A stretch of DNA of 64,000 nucleotides from the NCBI RefSeq assembly GCF_030936135.1, contig NC_082594.1, positions 19,586,879 through 19,650,878 on the forward strand, read 5' to 3'. The notes beneath the pieces were generated by a model. That model searched no databases. It was not told where the DNA came from and saw nothing but the letters and a program-made list of their open reading frames with translations. Made by a program: the position numbers and the translations under genes. The DNA comes from Gavia stellata. Taxonomy: Eukaryota. Numbering within the stretch: position 1 is the first letter of the stretch; every line of letters begins with the position of its first letter. Below are positions 1 through 11,530 of the stretch, one piece after another.

Positions 1-180
1 GAAAAGGAGTCCATCTTGAGAAACATAAGGATTCAGACTACTTTATTTAGGAGAAAGGCAAGAGATAATTTGGTAGAAAGCTTTTTTTTTTTTTTTTAAA
101 TGATAAAAGACTTTCTAATCTAGTGAAAAAAACAGATAGATACTAAAAGGTGCAATTTCATCCTATGTTGAAGTTAAATA

Positions 181-240
181 CTGTTGTATTATATACATAT
201 ATATACATACAGTATGTATGTATAATATATATATAAAATA
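181..240. repeat. AT-rich (TA/TACA) microsatellite with imperfect inverted symmetry around ACAGT
   Basis: atatacatatatatacatacagtatgtatgtataatatatatataaa: the left arm (ATACAT)n and right arm (ATGTAT)n are near reverse complements. Confidence 0.8.
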
Positions 241-892
241 CAGTTGGTCTGGGGCTTTCATATGTAATATTTTACCAAAATCTTTGTAACTAACTCCATT
301 GAGATGTACACACTCAGATTTTTTTCTAGGTTTAACTTGATCTCATTAGTGTTTTGGTGGGGTTTTTTCTGATTGTTGGTATTTCAGTTTATCAAAAGTG
401 GCATTGATTACAAATCTAACATAAGTTATAAATTCCAAAATAAAACTAGGTGAATGGTGTTAATACATTATAAATCTTAAGGTTTTACATCAACTTCTTC
501 AGCAAAGAGAAGCAATTCAAGCTTGAAATTTTTATAGAAGAAATATTAAAACTTTAAAAATCAGTTTCATAACTGTCAGAAAATCCATTTCAGTAAAATG
601 ACTGGGAATTTATGATTTGTACATTATGGCTGTGGTTCTGAACAAAATTTAGATACAACAAATACTTCGGATAAAACCACTCCAACTACTGAAATGCTTT
701 ACAACCTACTTAGTTCAGTATGTGATGCAGATGGAAATAATTCTGGGAATTCCTATGTCAATGCTGGGTTGAACTCCCATTATATTCATTTCTGTATATA
801 CAAAATGATATATCCGCTGAGATCCCCAAGTATTGAGTAGATGATACAACACTATGCTGTATTGTATTAAATGTTGGCGTTTTTTCTTACAG

Positions 893-1048
893 GGCAAAAT
901 CCTCTACAAAGTACGGTGGAAAGGTTATACCTCTGATGATGACACCTGGGAACCAGAGGTTCATTTGGAAGACTGCAAAGAAGTGCTGCTTGAATTCAGA
1001 AAAAAAATTGTGGACAATAAGCCTAAACCTGTTAAAAAAGACATACAG
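893..1048 (+). CDS. MPHOSPH8: MPHOSPH8 coding exon (C-terminal part of chromodomain), phase 0 to 0
   Basis: Acceptor tttttcttacAG at 891-892 and donor GTgtgt at 1049. Translation GKILYKVRWKGYTSDDDTWEPEVHLEDCKEVLLEFRKKIVDNKPKPVKKDIQ is near-identical to the human MPP8 chromodomain segment (KVLYKVRWKGYTSDDDTWEPEIHLEDCKEVLLEFRKKI...KDIQ). Confidence 0.9.
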
Positions 1049-1935
1049 GTGTGTTTCACCTTCCAGTATCTTACCTGAAGACATATTCCATGTCTAGGCT
1101 CTGCTGATGGGGGGAGGGAGAAAGGAAGACATTTGGGGTATGGAATTATGAAGACTTAAATAATTTCTTCAATCTAAAAGTGTTTTGTTTCAGGTGAAAC
1201 TGAATATAGTTGCTGCTCTCTGGTTAGGGAATTTTTGTTAATTGACAAGTTTGCTTGTAGACTCTAAATCCGTCTAAACTTCATTTCAGTTTTTAATGGA
1301 CTGTATAAATGATGTATGGTCATTTTAGTTTGTTTTTGACAACATAAGCAACCTCCTTTCCCTGCCCACGCACATACTGTCTTGTCACTGAAGTTGGGCA
1401 CTGCTCAATTCACCCTCCTGCTTTATGTAGCAGATTGATGAATTTTTACATGTTAACCATTAAATGAGGTAAGATAGGAATACAGAAAAATTAATTGCAA
1501 GAAGGTAGCATATGGCTTTTTCTTTTCTTTTTTAACTGAGCAGTCAGTTTCAAAATCAAGTGTAAGAATCTTTTTTGAAAACTGGTACCCTACTTCTGAG
1601 AAACCTATAGATAAATTTTACAAAATCAGGTTAATTGTTCTTGATGTAAAATAGTTCAGATTTAGTTCTGTTCTGGAATCTGGTTGTTGGATGTCTGATT
1701 GATTTACTTGTTTAGGTATTGATTCACATCCAAGCAGTTAGTAATGTAATTTAGAAAAGTGAGCTGGAATTGTATTTACAAATTTTACCAATTGGCAATG
1801 AGGAATGATATGTGCAGTGTTTAAAAAGAGGTTTACTTTGCCCAAGCACCATCGCTACCATTTTTGAGTAGTTTACACCAAAGTGATACAGTTTAATGGG
1901 GAAAGAATTCTTTTCTTTTTTTCCCTACTTTTTAG

Positions 1936-2790
1936 AAACTATCTCTAAATGATGATGTATTTGAAGCAGAATCTGACAGTGACTGGCAAAGTGAAACAAA
2001 AGATGATGTTTCACCAAAGAAGAAAAAGAAGAAGTCAAAAGACGGAGAGGCTAGAAGTCCAGATGATCTAAAGAAGAAAAAGTCTAAGTCTGCAAAACTC
2101 AAAGAAAAATCTAGAACAGAATGTGAAAATTCCTCAGATACTTTGGTTTCAGATTCCAAACCAAAAAAAAGGACTTCAGAAACCAAGGAGGATTCAAAGG
2201 ATCCAAAGAAGCAAAGGAAAGAAGATACTAAAGAAATCAGGAAAAAGAAGGGAGAAGTTAAAGATTTAAAAATAAAATCTAAAGAAGATTCTAAAGAAAA
2301 TAAAAAATCACGGAAGGAGAAGCATGGAGATGTTCAGTTTGACTCAGAATCAAGTACTCTAGACGAAGTATTTTCTCAAGGAACTGATAATGAAAATTCA
2401 GACTTAAATGCTGAAAATAAAGATGAGAAGCAAAAGGCAATATGTGGAGAAGAGAGGTTGGAACCAGAAATTGCTGAAAAAGATTCCATTGCTGATAGGC
2501 ATCTTGATGGATCAGCAAGTAATGAAGATGATAGTATTGATGTTAAGGTTAAAAGAAAGAAGAAAAAAATTCAGAAAGCTGAAGATTATAAAGAGGAAGG
2601 TAGAAAAGTGGAAATTCAGGATACCTATTTAGAGAAGAAAAGCATGCACAAAAGGCAAAAAGGTCAAGAAAAAGTAAAAATGGTACCAGGAGAGTTGGAG
2701 AAACTGTCACCTGCTCCTTCACCTGTGCAGAAGGGGTTGAAATTGAGCGCTGATGAAAGAGGGCGCAAGTCCACTGATTCAACTGGGGAG
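1936..2790 (+). CDS. MPHOSPH8: MPHOSPH8 large coding exon (285 codons), K/E/S/D-rich low-complexity linker
   Basis: Acceptor ctactttttAG at 1934-1935 and donor GTaagc at 2791. It starts KLSLNDDVFEAESDSDWQSETKDDVSPKKKKKKSKDGEARSPDDLKKKKSK (human: RLSLNNDIFEANSDSDQQSETKEDTSPKKKKKK...SPDDLKKKKAK) and ends ...SADERGRKSTDSTGE. The frame is continuous with ORF 2143..2895, which reads through into the intron. Confidence 0.85.
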
Positions 2791-3462
2791 GTAAGCTATG
2801 ATAAGACATTGAGGTGGGGGCTAGGGGTTAAATCGATCGTCTCTGAGGTACAGATATCTCAAAAGGCTGCTGTTCTTGATGGCAAAGGAAAATAAAAATT
2901 GGAAAGTTTATGAGCTGAATGAAGCTAAAGAAAGTCCCACTGCACAATGTATAGGAGAGACAGAAAAAATTCTGGATTCTGAACACTATAAAGGAGGGAA
3001 CACTTTAGGAGAGAAGGCTGTCTTTAAATCTGAAAGTATTAATTTCTCCTGTTTGTTATGTGTACTTACTTAGAATGAAATTTACAGTTCCTTGGAAGCA
3101 TGCTGTCATTTTTAGCTTTGTTCCCCCCAGCTTCCACAGTTGCCTCAGTTTGACTTTTTTCTATTTGTGTAGTAAGACATTCAGTCTTGAGCAACTATCC
3201 ATCCAACACTGCACAATGAAGTGCACTTTTGAGCTAAAACACACCCTTGATCTCTCTCAAAAGCCAGCCACTCCATTATACCTTATACGCGTTAGCACCT
3301 ACCTGAGAATTGGAATGCTGAAATCGCTTCTAAACCCAAGTCTCCCAGATAATTGTGCAACTGGCTTGTCTTGTTAGAATTCCTGGAGTGCTTACAGAAA
3401 ATGCTTAGTTTTATGATACGGTTTCATATTAATTACAAATGCTGTACCTGTTCTAAGAAATG

Positions 3463-3528
3463 AGCTAAGCAAATACTGGAATACAGCTAAGCAAATACTG
3501 GAATACAGCTAAGCAAATACTGGAATAC
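3463..3528. repeat. Tandem repeat, 3 perfect copies of a 22-bp unit (AGCTAAGCAAATACTGGAATAC), intronic
   Basis: The sequence at 3463-3528 shows three exact head-to-tail copies. Confidence 0.9.
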
Positions 3529-5799
3529 TTATTTTTCCTTATTTAATACACTAGTGTTTTAAGAAAAGCAGGATGGTAAAGGTAAAAAAAAAAAAAGGAA
3601 AAAATAAAACAATATTTCTGGAATGTTTCTGAGAACATAATTTCTTTCAGGTGCTTTAGACTGTTCTAATACAGTTTGCAGTTCATAAAACTTCGCCTGC
3701 TCAGAGAAATCCCTTTCTGATTTGTAACAGAATTGCAGCCAAAACACCTTGATACTTACTGAATTATATCCCACTTCTTCTGAGGCTGTAATTCCGTGGC
3801 GGCAAGTTTATTCTGTAGGTTCAGCTGTGGTACTCTGCTTAAGATTGTTGTATGTATGGAATAGGCCACCTTAAACATAAGGAAATTGATTTTTGGGGTA
3901 GAGAATTATGTGGCATAATCCCGGAGTAGAGCTACACAAAATAGTGTTTTTGCAGGAGCTTAGTGGTGAAAGCTCTTGTAACCAAGGTTGGGCAATTACT
4001 ATGAGGCATAGCTCAGTTTCAAAAAGTTATTTAATTATCTGAAATGGTATGGCCCTTTATTACTCAAGTATTTTCCTGTAGTTCGAGGCTATAGCATTCA
4101 TAAGAGAGAGACATCAGTGATGATAATCAGATAAATCTTTGGAATTCTGTTTTATTTACCAGTAGTATAAAAAATTCTGTCACCCCAAACACGAAGAAAT
4201 CAATAGCAGATGAAAGTCGTTTTGCTTATGGCTCTTCAGCCAGCACTCTCAGTAAGTTGTCTGTACGCCTTTCTCATGGTCGTGCTCCACGGAAGCAGGG
4301 AAGGCATTCTGCTCTTTGCTTTTTTAAGTCTAGGAGGTTTAAACGATGTTTTGTGTAACTGGATAGTTATTCTCCAGAGCAGCTGTGCACTTATGATATG
4401 GGCGGGTTTCATGGAGAGTTCTGGAGGTTTTTTGGCTTCACTAAATTGTTGGCCCAAGCAGATTATTCTTTTCAAATAAAATCATTGTGTATGTTTCAGC
4501 TACCTGTCTTTCCTTATGCAGCTCTGATTACAGAATACCGTCATGTCAATTTATAATACAGTATTTTCTGTTTGGAGTCAGTTTGCATGCTGAACCATTC
4601 TTTCCATTCGATTTACCTCCAAAAATAAATGTGCAGCGTACATTGTACATCCGATGGTATTGTAAGTCTGGAATAGAGTTCAGGATTACTGATTTTGACA
4701 GCCCCTCTATGTAGCAAATATCTGGTAATCCCTTTAGTAAATTACGGGTCTCGTCCTAAATACTAGGCATCTGCTGGGATTAACAGCTCTCTGTGCTCCT
4801 AGTTAATCACATCAGTGATCAAAAGCTGAGGTTTTGGGGGCAAAGGGAGGGGGTGAGAAAGACGATTAAATGTCTCTCAGCTCTGCTAACACATTATGAT
4901 ACACCAAATTAATCTATTCTAATAGAAGTTTTTCCTATGTCAAAGAAATGGTATCATTTAATGATAAATTCAGTTTGTAGTTCTTGTGGGGACTTCTTTT
5001 GGGGCAGCTTTTCAGAAAGCCAGTGCTACTCCATATATCAGGTTAGTGTCAGGGGCTGATACGAAGCCATGCCAAGGAGTCTTGTCCCACCTACTCTGCA
5101 GTTTGGAATTTGCTGGCTGAGTGGAGAGAGAGGATTACAGCAGGAGAAAGGCAACCTTTGGTGGAGGCAGGTGAATTCTATTTTGGCGAATTTGATTATA
5201 TATATCTATATCTACCATAAATTTCTTCTGTGATCTTGGATATTGCTAAGCTCAATCTTCTGTGTGGATATGGTGGGTTTGGGTGGATTTTCCTGAGTGT
5301 CTGTTTTTAAGAAATGACTGTTGCCATAACATTCTGTATGTGTAAATCGGAAAACTTGGAACCTTCTGTATACAAATGCCAAGTTTTCTCAGATAAGGTT
5401 CAAGTCAGTGCTATGATAACTGCTTTGAATATGGTGCTACAAACATGTTAAATACTTAAAAATAGTTACATGCTATTCAGGTTCAGTATTTGGAACAAAT
5501 GAAAAGTTCATAATTTTGAATTGCCTTCAAAATGCTGGTTTTGGCATATCTGCACTTCATGCCATAAAGCAACTTGCATGACTGGGATGCAGTAAGAATC
5601 TGAATTGAAGCTAGTTTAAGAATCCTTCACAGACATAACTCCTGACTCACCTGTTTAATTCTTTTCTTAGGAATGTCCACAAGTCTGTTACATACAGGTT
5701 TCAGTAGTATTAACTTTAAACATATTTTATCATTGGAGTGGTGAAAGGAGTTTATTTTCCATTTTTTCTCTACCACTTTAATTTGATCTTTGTCCTCAG

Positions 5800-5902
5800 T
5801 ATCAGGAGAAAGAAGTAAAGAAAACTGAAACAAAAGAAAAATCTCAAAAAAAAGAGTCTGAAAAAGAAGAAAAGAGCAGAAAAGAACAAAAGGGCCTAAA
5901 AA
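5800..5902 (+). CDS. MPHOSPH8: MPHOSPH8 coding exon (34 codons + 1 nt)
   Basis: Acceptor tttgtcctcAG at 5798-5799 and donor GTAAGT at 5903-5908. It encodes YQEKEVKKTETKEKSQKKESEKEEKSRKEQKGLK (human counterpart YQKRHDSDKEEKGRKEPKGLKTLK). The phase joins correctly to the next exon (A+GC=Ser). Confidence 0.75.
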
Positions 5903-7047
5903 GTAAGTGCTAACTGCTTAAAAGAGAGAAGGGAAAGACCCTTCAGGACATTCTCTTATTTCTACAAGAGCAGATGCTGTATAGTTTTGTAACACATACC
6001 AGAAACAAGAATTTCTGCATTTATTTTAGGAAGCAAAAGTCTTCTGTTTAATGGCTTTGTTAATAGATGCTTCATGAGAATGCTGTGTGTATTTTCATGT
6101 ATGAAGCGTGGAAGTGTATAGAAATCTCTAACATTTATGTAGACAAGTCAAGATTTTGCCCTTTTTCATTTAATATTGTCAGCTATGCTTTTGTGGCGTG
6201 TAACAGTAATCTTTTTTTAGAGGAATTAATCCAACTATTGGCTGTTTCCAGAAGTGTTCTGATGATACTATGAATACACGCTTTCTATGTTTAGAAAAAC
6301 TAGTAGAGGTTCCCATCAGACAAACTTCTTGCCTCTTGCTTTAGCCACAGTGATGAGTGATATTGTACAACCCTTAAAATATCACCAGAACTTGATTATT
6401 TAATACATGAAGAAAAATGTCTAGGTTGTATTTCTGTTCTTAATAATATAACAGAGTATTAATGTTACCACTCTTGACCTCAGTAAAATTCTGGATTATA
6501 TTATTTAGGATAAATTCCCTCACTACTCTGATGAGGATGGACTGAGGAAAGCTAGGTAACTCCACCTTTGGTAATCATGATTGGATATAGGAGGAGTTAT
6601 GATGCTTCAAATAGCTGTTGCTAGAGAAACATCTTTCACTGAAAGTAGCATAAATGCTTAGAATGCTTAAGAAAAGTAGTAACAAACAGAATGATTAATT
6701 ACTGTTCCTTATACAGCATGTGTCCTTTGTCTGTTCATCACAGATACTGACTGATATTTTCAAAGTAGTAATTTACATGTAATTCTAAACTACATTTCTT
6801 TAAAAGAAGATGGTACCGTGTTGAAAGCAGTTAGAACTCAGACTTGCCAGGGTAGCTGGAGGTGAACTAGCTCTCCCCATTTTTTGGCTTATATTGTTAA
6901 GGTTGCTCCTACGCTTCAGCAATTATTAACTTATGGAAAGAGAACAGACCTTTTTTAAATGGACTCTGGTCCCTCACTTAAACTTTGTTATGTAATAGTC
7001 TTCAGTGGCTCAAGTAGTCACTCTTGGTAACTGTCTTAATATTCTAG

Positions 7048-7296
7048 GCTTTAAGGACATCAAAAGTGCATTTGACTTGTTTAATGTAGCTTCAGAAGAA
7101 AAAAGTGAATATTCTGAGAATAACTGCAAAAGAGAAGAATCTTCGCTAGAATATAAATTCATAGAAGAATTAAAATCAAAAGACAGCAAGGTGTACAAGG
7201 AAAGGAGGAACATAAGAGATGAAACAGACACATGGACTTACATTGCTGCAGAAGGTGATCGAGAAGTAGTGGATGTGTGTCAAATGGAGAACTCTG
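7048..7296 (+). CDS. MPHOSPH8: MPHOSPH8 coding exon
   Basis: Acceptor attctAG at 7046-7047 and donor GTGAGC at 7297. It encodes (S)FKDIKSAFDLFNVASEEKSEYSENNCKREE...KERRNIRDETDTWTYIAAEGDREVVDVCQMENS (human EIRNAFDLFKLTPEEKNDVSENNRKREE...KERRNTRDETDTWAYIAAEGDQEVLDSVCQADENS). Confidence 0.88.
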
Positions 7297-7750
7297 GTGA
7301 GCAGTAGAAACAAATGCAGGGGAAAGTTGAGCACTGGCAGTTAATATTTTCTCCATTCCTGCTTGCATCTTTTAGTGCTCCAATTCTTGTCTCCCTAGGA
7401 GGCTGAAATGATGTTTTCTTTTCAAACTCACTGATAACTTCAGTGTGTTTCCAGTGTGTTTCTGCTATTACAGTAATGGAGTGTTCACAATCTCTTATCA
7501 CTTCAGCCTAATTTATTACAACAAAAAAACCATTTGTTTCAAGTAAAAGCATTTTATGTCCGTTTGTAATGTAGCCTTCATTGTTTGGAACCGTTCCACA
7601 CTGGCTTCCAGAGTCTGTTTGAATGAAAAGCAGTAGTATGTTAAGCTGCTGATCATTGAAGCAGTGGCAAGCAATGAATGATTTGGAGATTTATAAGTTA
7701 CTTAATACTTGTTTTACATTTTTTCTTCCATAAAATCAAATACATGATAG

Positions 7751-7876
7751 ATGGCAAGCAACAAGTCTTGAGTTTGGGTATGGACATGCAGTTAGAATGG
7801 CTGACACTAGAAGACTTTCAGAAGCATCTTGATGGAGAAGATGAGAATCATGTGTCAACAGAACCGATATCAAGTA
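7751..7876 (+). CDS. MPHOSPH8: MPHOSPH8 coding exon
   Basis: Acceptor catgatAG at 7749-7750 and donor GTGAGT at 7877. It encodes (D)GKQQVLSLGMDMQLEWLTLEDFQKHLDGEDENHVSTEPISS (human DGRQQILSLGMDLQLEWMKLEDFQKHLDGKDENFAATDAIPS). Confidence 0.88.
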
Positions 7877-7962
7877 GTGAGTAGTTGCTGGGAGGAGGGG
7901 ACATTTCTTAGCTGGTGTTTCAAAGTCAAATATCCTATAACTGCATTGAACTTATTTTCTAG

Positions 7963-8051
7963 CTCTCCTGAGGGATGCTGTTAAAAGTGGAGATTATATG
8001 ACAGTAAAGATGGCACTTTCTTCAAATGAGGAATATAATCTGGATCAAGAG
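7963..8051 (+). CDS. MPHOSPH8: MPHOSPH8 coding exon (start of ANK region)
   Basis: Acceptor ttattttctAG at 7961-7962 and donor GTAATT at 8052. It encodes (T)LLRDAVKSGDYMTVKMALSSNEEYNLDQE (human NVLRDAVKNGDYITVKVALNSNEEYNLDQE). Confidence 0.88.
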
Positions 8052-8076
8052 GTAATTTTTCCACAATAGAAGTATT

Positions 8077-8101
8077 GGGGGGGGGGGGGGGGGGAGGGGG
8101 G
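8077..8101 (+). repeat. Homopolymer G tract (18 G, then A, then 6 G), intronic, on the MPHOSPH8 sense strand
   Basis: ttgggggggggggggggggggagggggg directly 3' of the exon ending at 8051. Confidence 0.9.
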
Positions 8102-9215
8102 TGGAGGGAGGAGTACAAATTTGGATTGTTTGAAAAGTTTTCCCTTCTTGCTAATAGCAGGTTTCTGTCTCACCTTGGGAAAAAAGTACAAGGTGAGAAA
8201 AGGGAGTACAGAACTTGAGGTTTCAATATTTGTTCTCCATTTCTTCCAAAGAAAAAATGAAGTTTGATAGAAGTGAAGTTTGATAGAAGAATCCCAGTAT
8301 GTGGATTTGCAACATATTTACCCACTGGATTTAAATTAATATTAAATTTAGAACTTTATATAGCATAAGGAATGATGATACCCATCAGGTCAAGTGGCTA
8401 AACTATGTAAAACATCTATACATGCAAAAAGAAAAAAAAATTTGAATGTTCTGTTTGACAGACTGGGACCACTTCACTCCATGAAGAATTAGTTTTCTGC
8501 CAGTTCTTCATCAGCTATGTTCTTACTGGTTTTTCTTTCAAGGATCTATTTTCCTGTTAAGTAGCACTATAGTTCTATTTTTGAGAATTAAATATACTGA
8601 TATCGGATATTTTACTGGTGATCTTGTGTAGTTGTATTATGTAGCGTTTTGAGAACTGTACATTATGCTAAGACTTCTGTAGTGTAGTAGAAAATATGCC
8701 AAAGGAACTACGGAGGCAAGCATGTGTTCTTTGAATTGTACTGTCTGGTGGAAAATGCAAGAATGAGTGAGGAGACTGGCCACTGGCAGAAGTCTTTTCA
8801 TACTTACATTCTGTTAAAATCCAAAAGCAGCGTTGTGGTAGCAGCTGACTTGAGCTATTGTGCTTTTCCTCCAGTGGCTGCTGATTTCTTTTTCCACTGT
8901 CTTGCTGTCTTCCCCACCCTCAAATACCTTGCTGCCTTTCTTCCTAGCTCATTCTGGTTTTCATCCTTCTTGTTCTGCTCCTCCGAATGTTACAGGGTTT
9001 GCAGATTATGGAACTTAGAGTGTGAGGCCTGTGGACAAGAGAAGTGAGAGGTGATAGTTTGTCGGTATCTGGCAGCCATGTATGTGTGAATTCTTCTGCC
9101 AGGGAGGAGAATCTTTGTGAAACCTCTTGACGCATTGGCAATTTTTGTCTTGCAGCTTTGATTTATCTTAAAGTATTTGATTTTTTTAATTTTATGGCAA
9201 TGATTCTTCTTGCAG

Positions 9216-9356
9216 GACTCAAGTGGAATGACCCTAGTAATGCTTGCTGCTGCTGGTGGGCACGATGACCTTCTCCGGGTCCTAATCAGGAAAGGAGCTA
9301 AAGTTAATGGCAGACAGAAAAATGGAACAACTGCATTGATACACGCAGCTGAAAAG
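9216..9356 (+). CDS. MPHOSPH8: MPHOSPH8 coding exon, ankyrin repeat
   Basis: Acceptor ttcttcttgcAG at 9214-9215 and donor GTtgac at 9357. It encodes DSSGMTLVMLAAAGGHDDLLRVLIRKGAKVNGRQKNGTTALIHAAEK, essentially identical to human MPP8 ANK1-2. Confidence 0.92.
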
Positions 9357-10159
9357 GTTGACTTGATTATTGTCCTATTTGTGGTTCTTGGCTCTTTTTA
9401 TTTACGTTTAAAAGTGGTACACAATTTTTTTCCCCTTGGATGATGCCTGAAAACTAGTTAGCAGGATATAGGAGAGTGACCTTAACTGCATAATTTCAGC
9501 AGCTGTGGTTACTGTAGTGTAAATAAGTTCTGATCACAAACCTTACCCTGAGTCAAGAATATCATAGGGCTACCTAGAGGGAAAGTGGAAGCAAAGGATA
9601 TCTTGGAATTTGTATGTCTTGGGGGCTGAAGTTCTTGTGTTAGAATTGCTTGTTATGATCTCTGGCTACACAGGATCCAAACTTGGGAGACTTTGAGAGC
9701 AAACCTCTGATTAAGCAGGGTTTACTATTTGAGAGTTGGGAGATGGAGACGGTGGCAAGCTCTTCTCGAACTAAGACCAACTAGACTAGTAAGGTAGAGG
9801 ATGTTTCATGGGTGTGCTCTTTTGTTCAAGTTGGTTCATGTGTTATCCCATGTACAGTAGATAACAAGGCCAAAAGGGAGCTTGATTCCAGTTTGGTGAT
9901 TAATGGAAACATAGTTTTCTTCCTGTGGTGTTCACTATTCCAAGATCTAGAAAAAAGTAAGAATTGTAAATACTTACGGTTGTCTACGTGCCCGAGTCTG
10001 AATTACTCTTTATTAGCCATCGGCGAGAACAATGTTAAGTGTGTCATGCATCATGCTTTGGATTTTACTGATGGATTTTAAATAAATGTCACTTTATATT
10101 CTGAAACAAGACCAGAATATTTTCTACTTACTCATCTTGTGGTTTTGGTTTTTTTTCAG

Positions 10160-10246
10160 AATTTTCTAACAACAGTAGCTATTCTTCTGGAAGCTGGGGC
10201 ATATGTGAACATGCAGCAGAGCAGTGGTGAAACTGCTTTAATGAAG
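10160..10246 (+). CDS. MPHOSPH8: MPHOSPH8 coding exon, ankyrin repeat
   Basis: Acceptor ttttttttcAG at 10158-10159 and donor GTAAAT at 10247. It encodes NFLTTVAILLEAGAYVNMQQSSGETALMK (human NFLTTVAILLEAGAFVNVQQSNGETALMK). Confidence 0.92.
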
Positions 10247-10421
10247 GTAAATTCAATATTTGTCCTGATACAGTGTAATAGTAAATGTTTTTGGCAAACT
10301 AATAAAACATAAAAGCATATTTCTAGAGTTGATTTACGGAACACATACTATATTTGAAATACAAATACTACTCTTAGTTATTCTAGGCAGTGTTTTAATC
10401 CTTTTTTTTTAAAGTACTGTT

Positions 10422-11530
10422 ATAGAATCATAGAATTGTTTTAGGTTGAAAAGACCTTTATGATCATCAAAGCCAACCGTTAACCTAACACTGCTAAATC
10501 CACCACCAAACCGTGTCCCTGAGCGCCTCATCCACATGTCTTTTAAATACCTCCAGGGATGGGGACTCCACCACCTCCCTGGGCAGCCTGTTCCAATGTC
10601 TGACAACCCTTTCAGTGAAAAAAATTTTCTTAATATCCAGTCTAAACCTCCCCTGGCGCAACTTGCATCCATTTCCTCTTGTCCTGTCACTTGGGAGAAG
10701 AGACCAACACCCACCTCTCTACAGCCCCCTTTCAGGTAGTTGTAGAGAGCGATGAGGTCTCCCCTCAGCCTCCTCTTCTCCAGACTGAACAACCCCAGCT
10801 CTCTCAACCGCCTCTTGTAAGACTTGTGCTCCAGACCCTTCACCAGCTTCGTTGACCTTCTCTGGACTCGCTCCAGCACCTCAATGTCTTTCTAGTAATG
10901 AGGGGCCCAAAACTGAACACGGTATTCGAGGTGCGGCCTCACCAGCGCTGAGTACAGGGGCACGATCACTTCCCTACTCCTGCTGGCCACACTGTTTCTG
11001 ATACAAGCCAGGGTGCCCAGGTGGCTGCCTTGGCCACCTGGGCACACTGCTGGCTCATATTCAGCTGGCTGTCAACCAACACCCCCAGGTCCTTTTCTGC
11101 AGGGCAGCTTTCCAGCCACTTGTTCCCAAGCCTGTAGCATTGCATGGGGTTGTTGTGACCCACGTGTAGGACTCGGCACTTGGCCTTGTTGAACCACATA
11201 CAGTTGGCCTGGGCCCATCAATCCAGCCTGTCCAGATCCCTCTGCAGAGCCTTCCTACCCTCAAGCAGATCAACACTCCTGCCCGAATTGGTGTCGTCTG
11301 CAAACTTACTGAGGGAGCACTTGATCCCCTCATCCAGATCATTGATAACGATATTAAACAAGACTGGCCCCAGTACTGAACCCTGGGGAACACCACTTGT
11401 GACCGGCCGCCAACTGGATTTCACTCCATTCACCACAACCCTTTGGGCCTGGCCATCCAGCCGGTTTTTTATCCAGCGAAGAGTGCACCTGTCCAAGCCA
11501 TGAGCCGCCAGTTTCTCCAGGAGAATGCTG
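10422..11530 (-). mobile_element. CR1 LINE fragment (ORF2 RT C-terminal region + 3'UTR), antisense to MPHOSPH8, in the intron between exons 10160-10246 and 13348-13502
   Basis: The minus-strand 3' terminus carries ATTCTATGATTCTAT octamers (plus-strand atagaatcatagaat at 10424-10438). Minus-strand ORFs 11218..11496 (..[34 protein letters not shown]..) and 10966..11199 continue in CR1 order into an uninterrupted 156-aa ORF 10409..10879 ([52 protein letters not shown]...), the canonical CR1 ORF2 C-terminus. The three ORFs are separated by stops or frame changes, so the element is a fragment, not a full-length copy. Confidence 0.9.

Noticed and set aside
2143-2895. 250-aa + ORF looking like an independent K-rich protein
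   Set aside because: It is the interior of the MPHOSPH8 exon 1936-2790 read through the GTAAGC donor into intron sequence. It is not a separate gene, and the M at 2143 is internal.
8724-9047. 107-aa intronic + ORF upstream of the ANK exon at 9216
   Set aside because: It has no similarity to MPP8 or anything recognisable, is rich in F/L/S/C as expected for T-rich intron translation, and has no splice-compatible boundaries matching neighbouring exon phases.
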